From Squalus acanthias (lineage: Eukaryota), in NCBI GenBank assembly GCA_030390025.1, contig CM059431.1, positions 123,320,001 to 123,384,000 of the forward strand: 64,000 nt of DNA, given 5' to 3'. How positions within the stretch are numbered: position 1 is the first letter of the stretch; the number at the start of each line of letters is the position of its first letter. This document shows positions 47,998 to 61,542 of this stretch, piece after piece. A model generated the notes under the pieces. That model was not told the origin of the DNA. It saw only the letters and a program-made list of their open reading frames with translations, and searched no databases. Both the position numbers and the translations under genes were made by a program.

Positions 47998-49358
47998 TGT
48001 AGGGGGTGGTGTGGTAGGGTCAGCTTCACCTCTGACTCAGTGAGCGGTTCGAATCGCTCCCACGCCCCTGGTTCTAGACCTTGGACTTATTTGGGGGTCG
48101 TGAACAAAGGTGCAGTAGACAACAGGTGTTGATGAAAGAATTTCGATCTTTATTCAAGAAAGTAAAACACAACACAAACACTCTTAACACTCTAAAAGTG
48201 GGGAACACTTCGGTACATGCGAGGGAAATAACATTAGAAGAATACTTCACCCCTCCCAATCCCACTTCACTAGCTAGGTTAGACTCTGGAGAACCAGGGA
48301 TAATGCTCACCAAACGAATCCTTGACAGTTAAGAGTTAGGGCTTAGAGTCTTTTGAGTAAAAGGTTTCGTAAGGCCCTTGTTGCCGCGAGGTGTCCGATG
48401 GTCACTGAGGCGGTCGCTCTGGTCACTTCTTGCGTGTCGGCCTACTTCTGGAGCTGTTGGCTTTCTTTGTTGAACTGCTTTCTGTTTAAACTGTCTTCTT
48501 CCAAGCTGTGGAACTGCCTTCTTGCAGAACTGTGGAAACTGCCTTCTGCCTGCTTGTTGAACTTGAACTGTTTTACTGGAGAACTGGAGAACTCCCTTCT
48601 TACTGAACTGTCTTCTTTAACTGCCCAACTTGCTTCTCCTGAACTCTGTAATTCCAATACTGACTTCTGCTGAAAAACAGGCTTTCAAATTGAACTCCAA
48701 AACTGCAGAACTGCCTTCTGTTGAACTTGAACTGTTGTTACTCCTGAACTGCTTGATGGGCCTTCAATTATACTAAACTGAAGTGGCCTTATCAAAACCA
48801 AATGAAATCCCGGTCATTGTAAGACCTCGTTAACAGTAACGACTTTACTAGCGTGTTAACTGGTTTTGTAAATGTGTGAAATGGTTTCAAAATAGCTCCA
48901 TCCTGTCGATCTGTTGTTTAATTGGAGTTTGAATTGTCCTCATGTTTTGGGTTTCTTGACTGCGCCTAGGACTTCGATCGAATATTTGCTTTATGCATGT
49001 CTTTAATGGGTTCTGTAATCGATTTGATGGGACCTGTTGTTTTGGGTGGGGCTGTCTCCTCCTAGGGTCTATTGTCAAAATATTAATGCTTGCTGGGGCT
49101 TGAGTAAGGTCATCCCGATTCCCCAGACAATGCAATTTAACTGCAATACCCAAAACTGCTTTTGCAGAGGTCGACCCCAACTTCCTTCATAGCCTTTTCT
49201 CCCTTTACAGGCCCAGACATGCTTTTAAAATGCCAAAACTTGGTTTTTGGTCTTACAGTCTCTTAGGTTAGGCCCAAATGCATTTTTATCATTCTGAGGA
49301 AGTTCCAAAGTCCTTTTTCCTTAGGTTTTGGGGATCTGCAAATTTTGGAAACATTACA
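47998..49358 (-). mobile_element. Solo LTR (1361 bp)
   Basis: TGTA...TACA termini with 5-bp flanks AGTGT / AGTGG (TSD with one mismatch). Minus-strand AATAAA at ~48149-48154 and TATAA at ~48768-48772. Internal AACTG(CCTTCT) repeats. Confidence 0.8.
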
Positions 49359-49555
49359 AGTGGTAACAGAGAGGTTTGAATTGAGTCTGTAAAATAATTA
49401 TTAAAGCAGGGTTTCTGGCATTCAAAATAAGTTATCATTCAACATTGTTTAGACTTGTTGTGGCAAAAACCCAAATTTGAATATTTTGTTATCATTCATA
49501 AAGATGATGCTAGTTATAAACGTCCTTCATTTTTGAGGTAACAAGATTTTGGATG

Positions 49556-50017
49556 AAAGAAAGACTTGCATTTATATAGCGCCTTTCACGAGCACCAGAC
49601 ATCCCAAAGCACTTTACAGCCAATGAAATACTTTTTGAAGTGTAGTCACTGTTGTAATGTGGGAAACACAGCAGCCAATTTGCACACAGCAAGCTCCCAC
49701 AAACAGAAATGTGATAATGACCAGATAATCTGTTTTTTTGTTAAGTTGATTGAGGGATAAATATTGGCCAGGGCACCGGGGATAACGCCCCTGCTCTTCT
49801 TCAAAATAGTGCCATGGGCTCTTTTACATCCACCTGAGAGAGCAAACAGGCCTCGGTTTAATTTCTCATCCGAAAGGCAGCACCTCCAACAGTGCAGCAC
49901 TCCCTCAATACTGCACTGGAGTGTCAGCCTAGGTTTCGCGCTCAAGTCTCTGGAGTGGGACTTGAACCCACAAACTTCTGACTCAGAGGCGAGGATGCTA
50001 CCAACTGAGCCATTGGC
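49556..50017 (-). mobile_element. Deu-domain SINE (SacSINE1-like), full length
   Basis: L2-type tail, Deu core and tRNA head (ggacttgaaccc..ccaactgagcca). Confidence 0.9.
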
Positions 50018-52636
50018 TGATACAATGATCGTAAGAAGCTGTAGTACATAATTTTTATAAAATGACATATATGAAACTATACAAAAGTCTAAAGTCTACA
50101 GACGTAGGCTGGGATTTTCCAGTTCCTGTTGATCGAAGCGCATTGCCAGCCACCTTAAGCAGATGTTAGGCCCCTTACTTATGTAAATTAGGTGCCTCAG
50201 GCCTGTTTTAGGCCCGCTATGCACGTTTACTTCATATTAATGCACAGTTAATGAGCGCATTAGCACAAGCACACAGTGGGATGGTAAACATGCTGCTTGT
50301 TCACTAATCTTAACAGCAGTATGAACATTAACTCAAGGAGGATTCTGCACCCTAACCAAAGGCAGCTGTAAACATTTTCCATTTACCATATGTAGAATTC
50401 CCTGAGACCCAGTGTACTACTGTACATCAGTCTTTGTTGCCTCTTCAGAGAGACCAATTATATGTTCATTATGCTCTTGCATTACTTCAAATTGAGTTCA
50501 GAAAAGTGACCATTGTATTGAAGTTTTCTGAAACATTTAAAACAGAAATACTGGGTCAGGTTTTCTCTCTGTACTTTTCTGCCCCTTCAAAATGTTGCTT
50601 CTTAGCGAGTCTTAGATAAGGAAAAAAATAGCAAAAATTCAAAAGTTGAGAGAAAAAAAAATCCGATTTCAGAAAAAGATCCATTGTTCAAGAACTATAC
50701 CTGCATTGACTTTTGAATCTTTAATTAATACTATTATTAAGCTCACATGTTATTGACTCCAGGCCCACTTGAAGGTTCATTACAATTGTCATCACCTAAA
50801 ATTTAGATAATTTGCTGACTATTGTTATTGGTATTCATTTGCAGATCTGACAACGATCTAGCACTTCATAAACCAGCCTGGCCTTTTACACTGCAGGAAG
50901 TCTTTGCAGCTTTTCTGCAGTATTTGTACCTTATGGTTGCTGTTACCTTTATCTCTATAATGCTATGAACCCATTTTTTTTTTCCAGATCGTGATTCCAG
51001 ATTGTAACTAGCCTCTTCTGTCACTGAGCCCAAAGGGCATGAAAGGCCTTCATAGGGTTCCCACACAGGCTGTCATCTCACTGCATCCTGGGCATTGAGT
51101 TCTTTGCTGAAGTGTCTTAGGGTATAAAAAAAAATCCTTCTCATAATGGCCAGAGATAAATCTATTAGAAAATCATTACTTGGAGTGTCCCGGTGGCTCA
51201 GTGCATTAATAAACTGAATAATGTAGAACTGAGTCATATAGACTAGGAATTTTCAGGTTTGTGGTGAGGTAATTTATAACTTATGTCAACTGGCTCAAAG
51301 CCACACTTGGCTTGAGCATCCCTCCGTTAGGGAAAATGAATCATGGCTCCCATTTAACATTGCTATCCAGTCACATTAGCTGGATTCCTAACTTTCCTAC
51401 ATTTATTAATTTTAACAGAAGTAGACATGAATAAAATATGGTGGAATATCAGTAGAAAGTACTTACTAACTGTCTGTGCTCAATGCTGCTCTGACCAATC
51501 CCAGCCCTCCAAAAACATGATTCAACAAATCTACCATAAAGTGAGAAAGAAGGTACTTTTACTTGTTACAGCCATTAACGAAGAACTTGCAGATACACTG
51601 TCAAACTGAAAAGTGAATATGTTACTCCAGGTCAAACCTTGTATGTGGGAGCTCAATAAATACATTTGGAAGAAACAGAATTGAATAGTACACAGGAGAT
51701 CTTTTTGTCAGAAAGAGTGTACCAGCCATAAACGACATATCACAGTGGATTAGAAAAAACAGGAAGAGAAGCACTTTAGGAGCACAGAGGGCACGGCTTG
51801 TAGCAGGTGTACCATCAAGCAGGGGGTCTACTGCAGGAACGTCCTCAAAGCAGTAGTAGCTTTGAAAACTCAGGTTCACAAAGAGGCTGCCATCTAATCC
51901 ACAAAGACCTACAGGGACACTCGACAATTCATGCTGCACTAGCAGTGACAATGAATGCTACCATTTTCCTCAACTTTAAATGCACCAGGGTGTATTAAAC
52001 ATCCAGAAAGACAACTCAAGATTCAACTTCTTTGTTTGTTTGCCTTTTGGACAACTGATGATGGTGTTCCCAAGATATTGCGGCCTTCCCAATAGTAGAG
52101 GTTGTAGATTAGAGAGGTGCTGTAAGTCACCTTGGTGAGTTGCTGCAGTGCATCCTGTACATTGTAAATACTGAAATAGGGCTGGATATTGAATCCAATG
52201 GCAGCATTGTCTCCCGCAACTGCTGGAGCTTCTGTTTAGCAGTGAGTCCTTCTTCAGCTCTGTAAAGTGCACTTCTCTGATTCCTCATATCATTCAGAAT
52301 AAACTGACGTGTCAAATGGGCCTCTCGAAACTTTACTTCCTCCATCAGCAGTGCAACTGCACACTCTATAGCTGCACATACCTAATTTAGGAGTTACCAG
52401 GTAATCCAGGCAATTCTGTGCCATTATTGCAGATATAGTTCTGATCAGATGCTCAAGAGTGCATGAGTTGAAATATATGCTAGCTCCAGAAATTCTTTAT
52501 TGGAGTAATTTTGTGGATTCATATTGTCAGCAGGGAGCCTTGCCAACTGTCCATATGTAACAGGAATTGTAGCCTCATTGCCACTGTTTTCTCTCCAGTA
52601 CAAGTAATGCAGGAAAATCATGGCAGCAGGCCCATC

Positions 52637-52762
52637 GAAAGGTCATCGACCTGAAACGTTAACTGTGTTTCTCTCTCCACAGGTGCTGTCTGACCTGCTG
52701 AGTATTTCCAGCATTTTCTGTTTTTATTTCAGATTTCCAGCATCCGCAGTATTTTGCTTTTG
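52637..52762 (+). mobile_element. Penelope pLTR fragment of a second family (partial hammerhead)
   Basis: gaaAGGTCatcGACCTgaaacgtt followed by ctctccacaggtgctgtctgacctgctgagtatttccagc. Confidence 0.6.
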
Positions 52763-55119
52763 CCCTAATTTCTCAATATGCTCTGCTGGTGTGGAATCTC
52801 CCTACCAGCAATGTTAAGTCGGACAATCAGCCCTAATGAGTAAATTCATGTGTTCCATCAAGTGTGCGAATAAAGGAGAGAGAAAAACAGTATTCCCATT
52901 TAACACAAAGTCAGCTTGAACAATTGAAACCCCTGAATCTATTCACTTACGTAGTTATTCAAATAACCCAGGATACTTCAATTTAGGCTTCAGAAAACAT
53001 CAAAGATATCAGGATTTTTGATGTGTAATAAGTATATTGGGCCTGAAATTCTTCAACCCCAATCTGTTGGTGACCTGTGCTTCTGGTCACTGAGCTTTTG
53101 GGGTCATTCAGGGTCATTTTACTTAAATAAATCGTGTGGGCATCCGTGCCAGAAAGGGTGAATCTTGGGTACAGCTATTGGGGGAGAAGGCAACACGAAC
53201 AGCTGAAAATTGCCTTACTTGGATGCTGCCGACAATCTTGTGGGTGTTCCAAGCCAAGACCCAGGCCTGGAGACTACCATAGGCCCCACTTCTGCAGCTC
53301 CAGTGACCTGAACACCAGATTTTTGCCAGTGGCGCTTGGCATAAAGGAGACAGGAACTGCAGGAAAGCCAGTCAGTGACACCATCCCTCTGGCCCCGCTT
53401 CCTTGTATGCACCAGGCCGTCTATGGGTGGAAAGAACTTCTGTTTGCACTTGGCCCCAATGGAACTCCTCCTTTGACAAGTGGGTGTGGGAAATCGGGTG
53501 GGACCTAATGTTTCCAGGTCTCACCTGAGTTCTCAAGCCCGCCAGCTGTCTCCAGTCCATTTTATACTGGATCTCACCCCAGGCCTTTTTTCAAGCACAA
53601 TTTATATTGCTTTTAAAAACTGCTTTTAAAATATAAAAGTAGGTAATAGATCAAAAATGTTCAGTTCTTATCACAACAAAAATACAATTGTAGTACAAAT
53701 GCATGGACAAGGTTAGAAAACTTTACATCATGTAATTTTGTCAAGCAGAAGAATAATTTGTCACCTTTTATTCATAATAAAACACACATACAATTAAAAC
53801 TTTGTAGCAATTGTAATTACATTACTTGTAAGAGAACTAATCATTTATGAATGCTGTTAATATGTATAAAACGCATTATCCAATTGAGTTATGATCCTTT
53901 TCCTCTATTAGTGGTGTTAATTGAAACAAACCTACTTTTTAATTTAAATTTTAATATCTTTATGATTTTACAATGTTACAATGTTAATATTAAGGCCAAT
54001 TTTTATTAACTTACTGTAGAAGCCATTCAAAGATAAATCTCATATTATTTATGGCTTAATTAGATGTTATAGTATGACTTTCTGTCTAATTATATGATAC
54101 AATATCACACCAGGTTCAATCATGAGGGGCAAAACCAGAAACAAATGTCCATCATAATTCCACCAAGGGCAAAAAATAGATAGAAAATACATGACAAGAT
54201 TCCTATTTATTGTAAAGAATAGCATCCTCTATAATCTATTAAAAGGCAGTTAGACATCTCAAGATAGAAATTAGATTGGAAAATCATCGCCACATTTGAT
54301 GTGCTACTGGCTGGTAGCACACTCCAGACTGAGCCCTGATATTCCTCTTTGTGGAAGCTGGAAAACACAGAGGAAGAGGAGGTAGTTGCCAAAGACCTGG
54401 ACCTGTGCCAATCCCTACATGAGATGCAACACAAAGGCAGCCATGGAAATGAGGCGGAGGGCATGGGTTGATGACTGGCCCTCCTGCCTCAGGTTCCTCT
54501 ATGTGCAACCAAAGGGTACTCATTTTGAAGAGTGCCCAAAGATGCTCAAATTAGGTCTGAGGGGGCCAGGACATAGGACAAGGCAGTCTTAAGAAGGCAA
54601 GTGGAAACTTACCTTGCAGCCTCCCCTCCGGGAGGCCTGCAACTGTGGGACAGGTGTCAGAGCCTTCTGGGTGCACTTCTCCATATAAATGACCTAATTT
54701 AGATGTTCTGGAACTAGTTCCAACACACATTGGGTTCACTACACTTGTCCAGTGCCCAAGAAAAGGGAACGATTAGTATTGGGGCCTATTAAGAATTTGT
54801 TTTCAATAGCATTATAGCATATGTTCAAAATTTGGGTGTGTTTGATTTATCTTAATCATGTTTTAGAAAATAACCTTTTTTGTAATAAGTTATAATTTGA
54901 TTGATTCAACAAAACTGCATTTTAAACACAGTTTCTCTTTCTAGCAATTGGAAAGCACAACGTAACCTGCTTTAAAAAAAATAATTTAACCACATAATAT
55001 GAACTAGCATCTTTTAAAATATAAAGGAAACATATAATTATTTTGCTAGTTATTCATGTGAAAAGTAATAGTCATTTTGCTAATGCTGACCTTAAATATA
55101 GACAGTCACATGATTAACT

Positions 55120-55555
55120 AGAATCATATAATCACACAGTGCAGCAGGCCATTAGACCCATTTGCCTGTGCCAGCCCTTTGAAAGAGCTTTCCAATTAGT
55201 TCCACTATCCCTGCTCTTTCCCAATAGGTCTGCATTTTTTTTCTCCTTTGAAAGTTGCTATTCAATCTGCTTCCACCACCCTTTCAGGTAGTGCATTCCA
55301 GATCAGAATAAATCACTGTGTTTTGAAAATTCTCCTCATCTCCCCTCTGATTCTTTTGGCATTCATCTTAAATCTGTGTCTTCTGGTTACCGATCCTCCT
55401 GCCAGTGGAAACAGTCTCTCCTTATTTACTCTCAGAAAATCCATCATAATTTTGAACACTTCCATTAAATCTCCGCTTTACCTTCTCTGCTCTAAGGAGA
55501 ACAATCCCAGCTTCTCTAGTCTCGCCACATAACAGGAGCCCCTCATCCCTGGTTA
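55120..55555 (-). mobile_element. CR1 3' fragment
   Basis: tagaatcat tail; ttccaccaccctttcaggtagtgcattccagatc; ctaaggagaacaatcccagc. Confidence 0.7.
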
Positions 55556-55714
55556 CCATTATATAAAACTACTTCTGGCAGTTTCATTATTAGAAAGCAA
55601 TTATTTTCAAAGTTTAAATATATTATTAAATGAAATATTTTTGTTCAATAAAAGCTCTGCGTAGTTAGAGAGTAGAAAATATTTTAATAGGACATGCAGG
55701 GCCAAAGATTAGTC

Positions 55715-55946
55715 CTATTCCCTTGAGTGTAGAAGATTAAGGGGTGATCTGATTGAGATGAAAGGAATTGCATCTTTAGATAGTGAGAAACTTATTATGA
55801 GATTTATAGATTTTTGTTAGACAAGGGTATTAAGGGTTAGAGAACCAAGGGGGGTAGATGGTATTAAGATACACATCAGACATGATCTAATTGAATGGAG
55901 GAAGAGGCTCGAGGGGCTGAATGGTCTACCTCTGTTCTTATGTTCC
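55715..55946 (+). mobile_element. CR1 3' fragment
   Basis: agattaaggggtgatctgattgag ... gctcgaggggctgaatggtctacc. Confidence 0.65.
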
Positions 55947-57344
55947 TATTATGGGATCAGTATTTGCCTCCTTTTATTTCATTTCAATATTCATTTTCAT
56001 CAAACAACAAATATTTTTCAGTTATTCGGTGCACGCAGAAGATAAGTACACAGAAATAATCCATAGCTCAATGTTTCTCACACAACCATTTCCCCATGAG
56101 ACGCATCTGCTTCACTGACAGATCTAATGGGAATCCAAATCATATGGCTGCATTTTGTCGCCAATTGCACAGTCAACCTTATACTTGTCATGTAACGATG
56201 ATATGTTGAACTATATAAAATCAATATCTAAAATTGCTGCCGAAGTCTTTAAACTTGTACTGTGGATTGACTTTTCCATTCTCACTGCTATTTAATTGCT
56301 GCAACTAATTGAGTTGACAGTCGGACTCTGTATCCTCTCCCTGTTGTTGACATCACAGAAGCAAAGGCTGGGCCACAGTAACAGATGGGAAACTGTACCA
56401 GCTCTATAAACAGCTGTATATTATAAATAATTGATTTTAAAAGTTGGTGTAGGAATCTAATTGCAATCCAGATGGGACATATAAACGCTGGCGATGAATC
56501 AGAATAAGTAAAACTGCATTTTTCATTCAAATTACCTCTTTTAAACTTTAGTAATAGTTTCATTTGCATGTAGTTAACCAAGTAGTGTAACCTTTTGCGA
56601 TTAGTTTTAATTAGCTTTTTTCATGAACTGATAAAGTGTAGCGATTGCATGGTTGTTTGAGAAGATTATTCATAACCTTGTGCGGTTTCCACATTATCAA
56701 CCCCACTCTGTGCAGCTCAGTTGGTCAGTTTTGCATCTACTTTTCACCTAATGTGAACTTGGTGTTTCAAATGAGTTAATTAGTTTAATTCATAGGCACT
56801 TAGAAAATACATTAGTGCTAATCAGGATCACTGCATGTACATTGAATGATATTTGCATAATAGGAGTGATTTGGTAAAGAGAATATTTAGACTCAATAAA
56901 GATTCTCTTATTAAAAGGTTTCCATTATATCACTTCCATATTAACAATTCACATGAACTAAAATCCTTAGACATGTACTTAAATATACCACTTTAAGTAC
57001 ACAATTTAATTTACATTTTAAAGTACTTAATGCAATATTTTTTATCCAAATCTGTGTGTCTGTGTAACACATTATTCTCAGTCATGCTGATGTCCATTAG
57101 ATAGGTGAATCACCTGTGAAGCAAATGTACTGTATTTTCATTTAATTACTCTTTTTAATGTCCATTGTAAGTCTGAAATGTATCGCTGACCTTGTATCCT
57201 GTAAAGAATAAAACCTTGGACTATATGCATGCCTTGACGGAGCTAATCTCATTGTCAATGGTAGAAAAAGAGGTCAGACTGGCCTTTTATGCCTCCGGTA
57301 GCACTGCCACAGAAAAGGACAATCAATTATTGATATTAATTATT

Positions 57345-57900
57345 GATATCCTGGCTGGCCGCCCACATTCTACCCTACACAAACTTGAGGTGATCCAAAA
57401 CTAGGCTGCCCATGTCATAACTCGCACCAAGTCCCGTTCACCCGTCACCCCTGTGCTCGCTGACCTACATTGGCTTCCGGTTAAGCAACGATTCAATTTC
57501 AAAATCCTCATCCTTGTTTTTAAATCCCTCCATAGCCTCGCCCTTCCCTATCTCTGTAATCTCCTTCAACCCCACAACCTCCCGAGATATCGGCACTCCT
57601 CTAATTCTGCCCTCTTGAGCATCCCTGATTATAATCGCTCAACCATTGGTGGCTGTGCCTTCTGTTGCCTAGGCCCTAAGCTCTGGAATTCCCTGCCTAA
57701 ACCTCTCTGCCTCTCTACTTCTCTTTCCGCCTTTAAGATGCTCCTTAAAACCTACCTCTTTGACCAAGCTTTTGGTCACCTGCCCTAATTTCTCCTTATG
57801 TGGCTTGGTGTTAAATTTTTGGTCTTATAATACACCTGTGAAGGGCCTTGGGACGCTTTACTACGTTAAAGGCGCTATATAAATGCAAGTTGTTTTTGTT
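57345..57900 (+). mobile_element. L2 LINE 3' fragment
   Basis: LADLHWLPVKQRFNFKILILVFKSLH..KLWNSLP..FKMLLKTYLF, with tail ggcgctatataaatgcaagttg. Confidence 0.88.
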
Positions 57901-58084
57901 AAATACTCGTTTATGGAGCTTCCACAGTTTCCTCAGCTGTTACTGTAGACTAGCCTCCATTTCAGTGATGTCAGCAACAAAGGGAGTGTGCAGTTCTACA
58001 TTATCAACTCAAATTAGTTGCAGCAATTAAGCATGTGCCCCTTTATCAACTGACTGTTCCTTTCCCAAGATCAGGATCTTCCTG

Positions 58085-58548
58085 GGATCAGCCGTAGCTC
58101 AGTAGGTAGTACTCTTACCTCCTGGGTCAAAAGGTTGTGGGTTCATGCCCCAAACCAGAGACTTAAGCACAACATCTAGGCTGACACTCCAGTGCAGTAC
58201 TGAGGGAGTGCTGCACTGTCGGAGGTGCCGTCTTTCCAATGAGACATTAAACTGAGGCCGTGTCTGTCCTCTCAGGTGGATGTAAAAGATCCCATGGCAC
58301 TATTTTAAAGAAGAGCAGGGACGTTATCCCCAGTGTTGTGGCCAATATTTATCCCTCAAAAAATGTCTAAAACTGATTATCTGGTCATTATCACGTTGCA
58401 TTTTGTGGGGCCTTGCTGTGTGCAAATTGCCTGCTGGGTTTCCTACATTACAACAGTGACTACACTTCAAAAGTATTTCATTGGCTGTAAAGCGCTTTGG
58501 GACGACCCGAGGTCATGAAAGGCGCTATATAAATGCAAGTCTTTCTTC
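58085..58548 (+). mobile_element. Deu-domain SINE (SacSINE1-like), full length
   Basis: Head gtagctcagtaggtag; core cagtactgagggagtgctgcactgtcggaggtgccgtctttc; tail ggcgctatataaatgcaagtctttc. Confidence 0.9.
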
Positions 58549-58577
58549 CTTTTTCAAGATCCCATGCTGCAGATAAT

Positions 58578-59319
58578 GGCCCAGAAATTGATCTCGCTCT
58601 GTTCCCGCGGGGGTAAGGCTTCCCCACGATCTCTCACCTCGCTTGTGCTTTTTCAGATCCAGCTCGCACAAACTTGATGTTCCAGACATCAGCTGGGCAG
58701 TGCTTGCGTATCCCAGCGGCGTAGTGAATTCGTGCGAGCTGTTGGATCACGTGACTCAGTTAGAGCCAATGGCAGCACACCATCTTCCATTCATAAGTTT
58801 CACATACGTGCTGTGAAATCTATGAATCTTACACCCCCCCAAAATAACAGCTAAACCTCAATTAAATTTAAAAAAAAACCATCACATTAATAAAATAAGT
58901 ATAGTTAAATAAATTAACCATTTTAAATAAAAAATTAAATTTTGAAAAAATTTAAAATCTTTTAAAAAGTTATAAAAATAAACTTACCTGTCTTTAAAGT
59001 CTCTAAAAAAGATATACCTGTTAAAAAAAATTCAAAAAAATACTTAATTCACTACTTACCTTGTTAAAAGTGGGTCTTACTCCTCCTTTTTCCATTTCTA
59101 AAATCTTCAGTACTTACCTGCGCGTCCAAAGCATGAAGTGCACAGCGTGCGCGCAGCCTGTAGCGCGCACGCGATGCATCGAGGAACCGCCCCCTTTTCA
59201 AAAGAGCAATTGCCGGTTTTCAGCGCATGCGCAGGGCATGCAGAAAACCGGCAATTGGAGTGGGAATACGCGAGAGTACGCAGTGCGTACTCTCGCGTCG
59301 CGGGATGAATTTTCGGCCC
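58578..59319. mobile_element. Harbinger-type MITE (GC arms / AT core)
   Basis: Termini ggcccagaaattgatctcgc / gcgggatgaattttcggccc. Shares gccggtttt..cagcgcatgc motifs with the 13074 family. Confidence 0.7.
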
Positions 59320-59331
59320 AATAACTATCTA

Positions 59332-59684
59332 CAGGAAACTCTTTCGTATCCGGCACTGATGGGACCAGGATGGTGCCGGTTGATTAAAAATTCGGATAAC
59401 GGAGAGGTATATCTACCGAGGCTATTTTTAACAAACAAAAATAAAAAAATCAAGAAATCTGCAGTATAATTGGGTACTCCCCTACAGAATGCTGTGTTAA
59501 ATGGATGGTGGAAGATGCTGATTAAGTACAGTAATGCCGGTTGAGGGTAATCCATAACTCTTTAATTTCTTAACAGTAAAACAAAACTTATAAACGACTG
59601 TATACTGTAGTTTTCGGAGTATGAATTCTGCCGGTTATTAGAGAATTCCGGATATTTAAGTGCCGTTTAAACGAGAGTTTCCTG
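59332..59684. mobile_element. Tc1/mariner (pogo/Tigger-type) MITE, related to 18002-18364 in opposite orientation
   Basis: TA|CAGGAAACTCT ... AGAGTTTCCTG|TA. Confidence 0.88.
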
Positions 59685-60605
59685 TACTGCTAATAATTAG
59701 GAAAGAGAAAAACAATCTTTTGTTTGCTGTTGCAAGATTTTTATCCCCTATGTCATCATATTTTTTATTTCAAGCAATAGAAAGGGAATTCTGTACTTTA
59801 TCATCTAATGCCTTCCATTAGTCTAAACCATGTGCTGTTGTGCAAAAAATAATAAATTGATGTTTAGGAGGTTGTACACTAATGTAGTTCATTTATTTCA
59901 AGTTCCAGGTTTTATATTCTAAATGCTAACCTCCATTATTTAACAGCATTTTCAGGTGAGCAGGTAACAAGCTACTAAAATATTGAAGGTTTCTGGTCTC
60001 CTGCCACTTTACTTGCTTCAATGGCCTATTGTTTAATGGCTATGTTGATTCATAAAGGTAAGCAACATTTCTGCATAGTACAAGCCATAATATGCAGACC
60101 ATGACATTTAGATTGCTACATCATAATAACTGAAGCTACAAAACTGTACTGGTGCCAAAGAAGTTGTCATTTCCACTCAACTTCATAATTAAATGTTCTA
60201 ATTGTGGTTTCCCATAGGAATCTCATTAGTCACAATAGTACAGTGATACATAAAACATTAGCTATATTACCAAGACAGAATGCAGGGCACATGTTCTTTT
60301 TATAAAAATTATTCACATATACCGTATGAAGAATGTTATGACTATGTGTCATTGAAAAAACTAGAAATAGTTTTACAAATGTAGAACAAAATGATTACCA
60401 GTTCCTAACTGGGAGGGCAAAGCACACAAGAGGGGTCATTTTATCTGTGCGACATATAATGGCTGATATCGAATTGACTGCCTATTATACACCATGCCCA
60501 ATTTCTGTTCCATTGACTATTGGGTGTGGTGTATATGGGCATCCATTTTGATATCAGCCATTTTACACCGTCACCCAAAATTAAAATTACCCCCAAGATA
60601 AGAAA

Positions 60606-60830
60606 TTTCCTCTGGAATTCCCTCCCTAAACCTCTCCGCCTAGCTACCTGTCTTTCCTCCATTTAGATGCTCCTTAAAACCTACCTCTTTGACCAATCTT
60701 TTAGTCATCTGCCCTAATATCTCCTTATTCAGCTTGGTGTCAATTCTTTTAAGATAACACTTCTGTGAAGTGCCTTTGGACAGTTTACTACGTTAAAGGC
60801 GCTATATAAATACAAGTTGCTGCTGTTGTT
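60606..60830 (+). mobile_element. L2 3' end fragment
   Basis: ctctggaattccctccctaaacc...ggcgctatataaatacaagttg. Confidence 0.8.
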
Positions 60831-61542
60831 GAAATCACTTGCACATATTTGCTTATGTGTTCATCAGAAGTTCCTTACCTTGTTATCATGATTCTTAATA
60901 TGTGGCAGATACATCGGCTATAGTCATTGCATTATAATAACCTTTGATATTTAAGATGAGGGATTGAGGTTTTTGAACATTATCCCATTCTTGTCCCTTT
61001 ATTAACTGACAGAAACACTTATTTCCTTTTGAGTAATTATTTTCATTGACTTATCGAGTCTAAGAATCGTATGAATCCTACATATAAACGATACACTATT
61101 AAATCACTGTAAGATATCAAGATAATTTTTGTCAGCAAATCCTTTTTTAATGAATGAACTACTCCTAATCTTAATGACAATTCTATTTTGTTTGGAAGTA
61201 CTAAATAGATTCAGACTATCAGTTCCAGATAATTTGTGTCACATCATCAAATTTAAACAAGCTTTTTGTTATGTATAACCAATCGCTGGACCAAAAATAA
61301 ACTTCTGCCAGTAATTGAAGTCAGTTTATTTACAAGATACCTCCCGCAAAGAATGATTGTCAATGTATTACAAATGAGCATGGGGCGTGGGGTTGATCTG
61401 AGTCTTGTAAAGTCATACCATGTTAATACATGCATATGCATATTGCAAACAAGGGACCACGTACACCTTTTTATAGTCGTCCAACCCACATCAAATGTTG
61501 TTTTGTATCATTCATAGGACAACTATTTGGAAAAAATATCAT

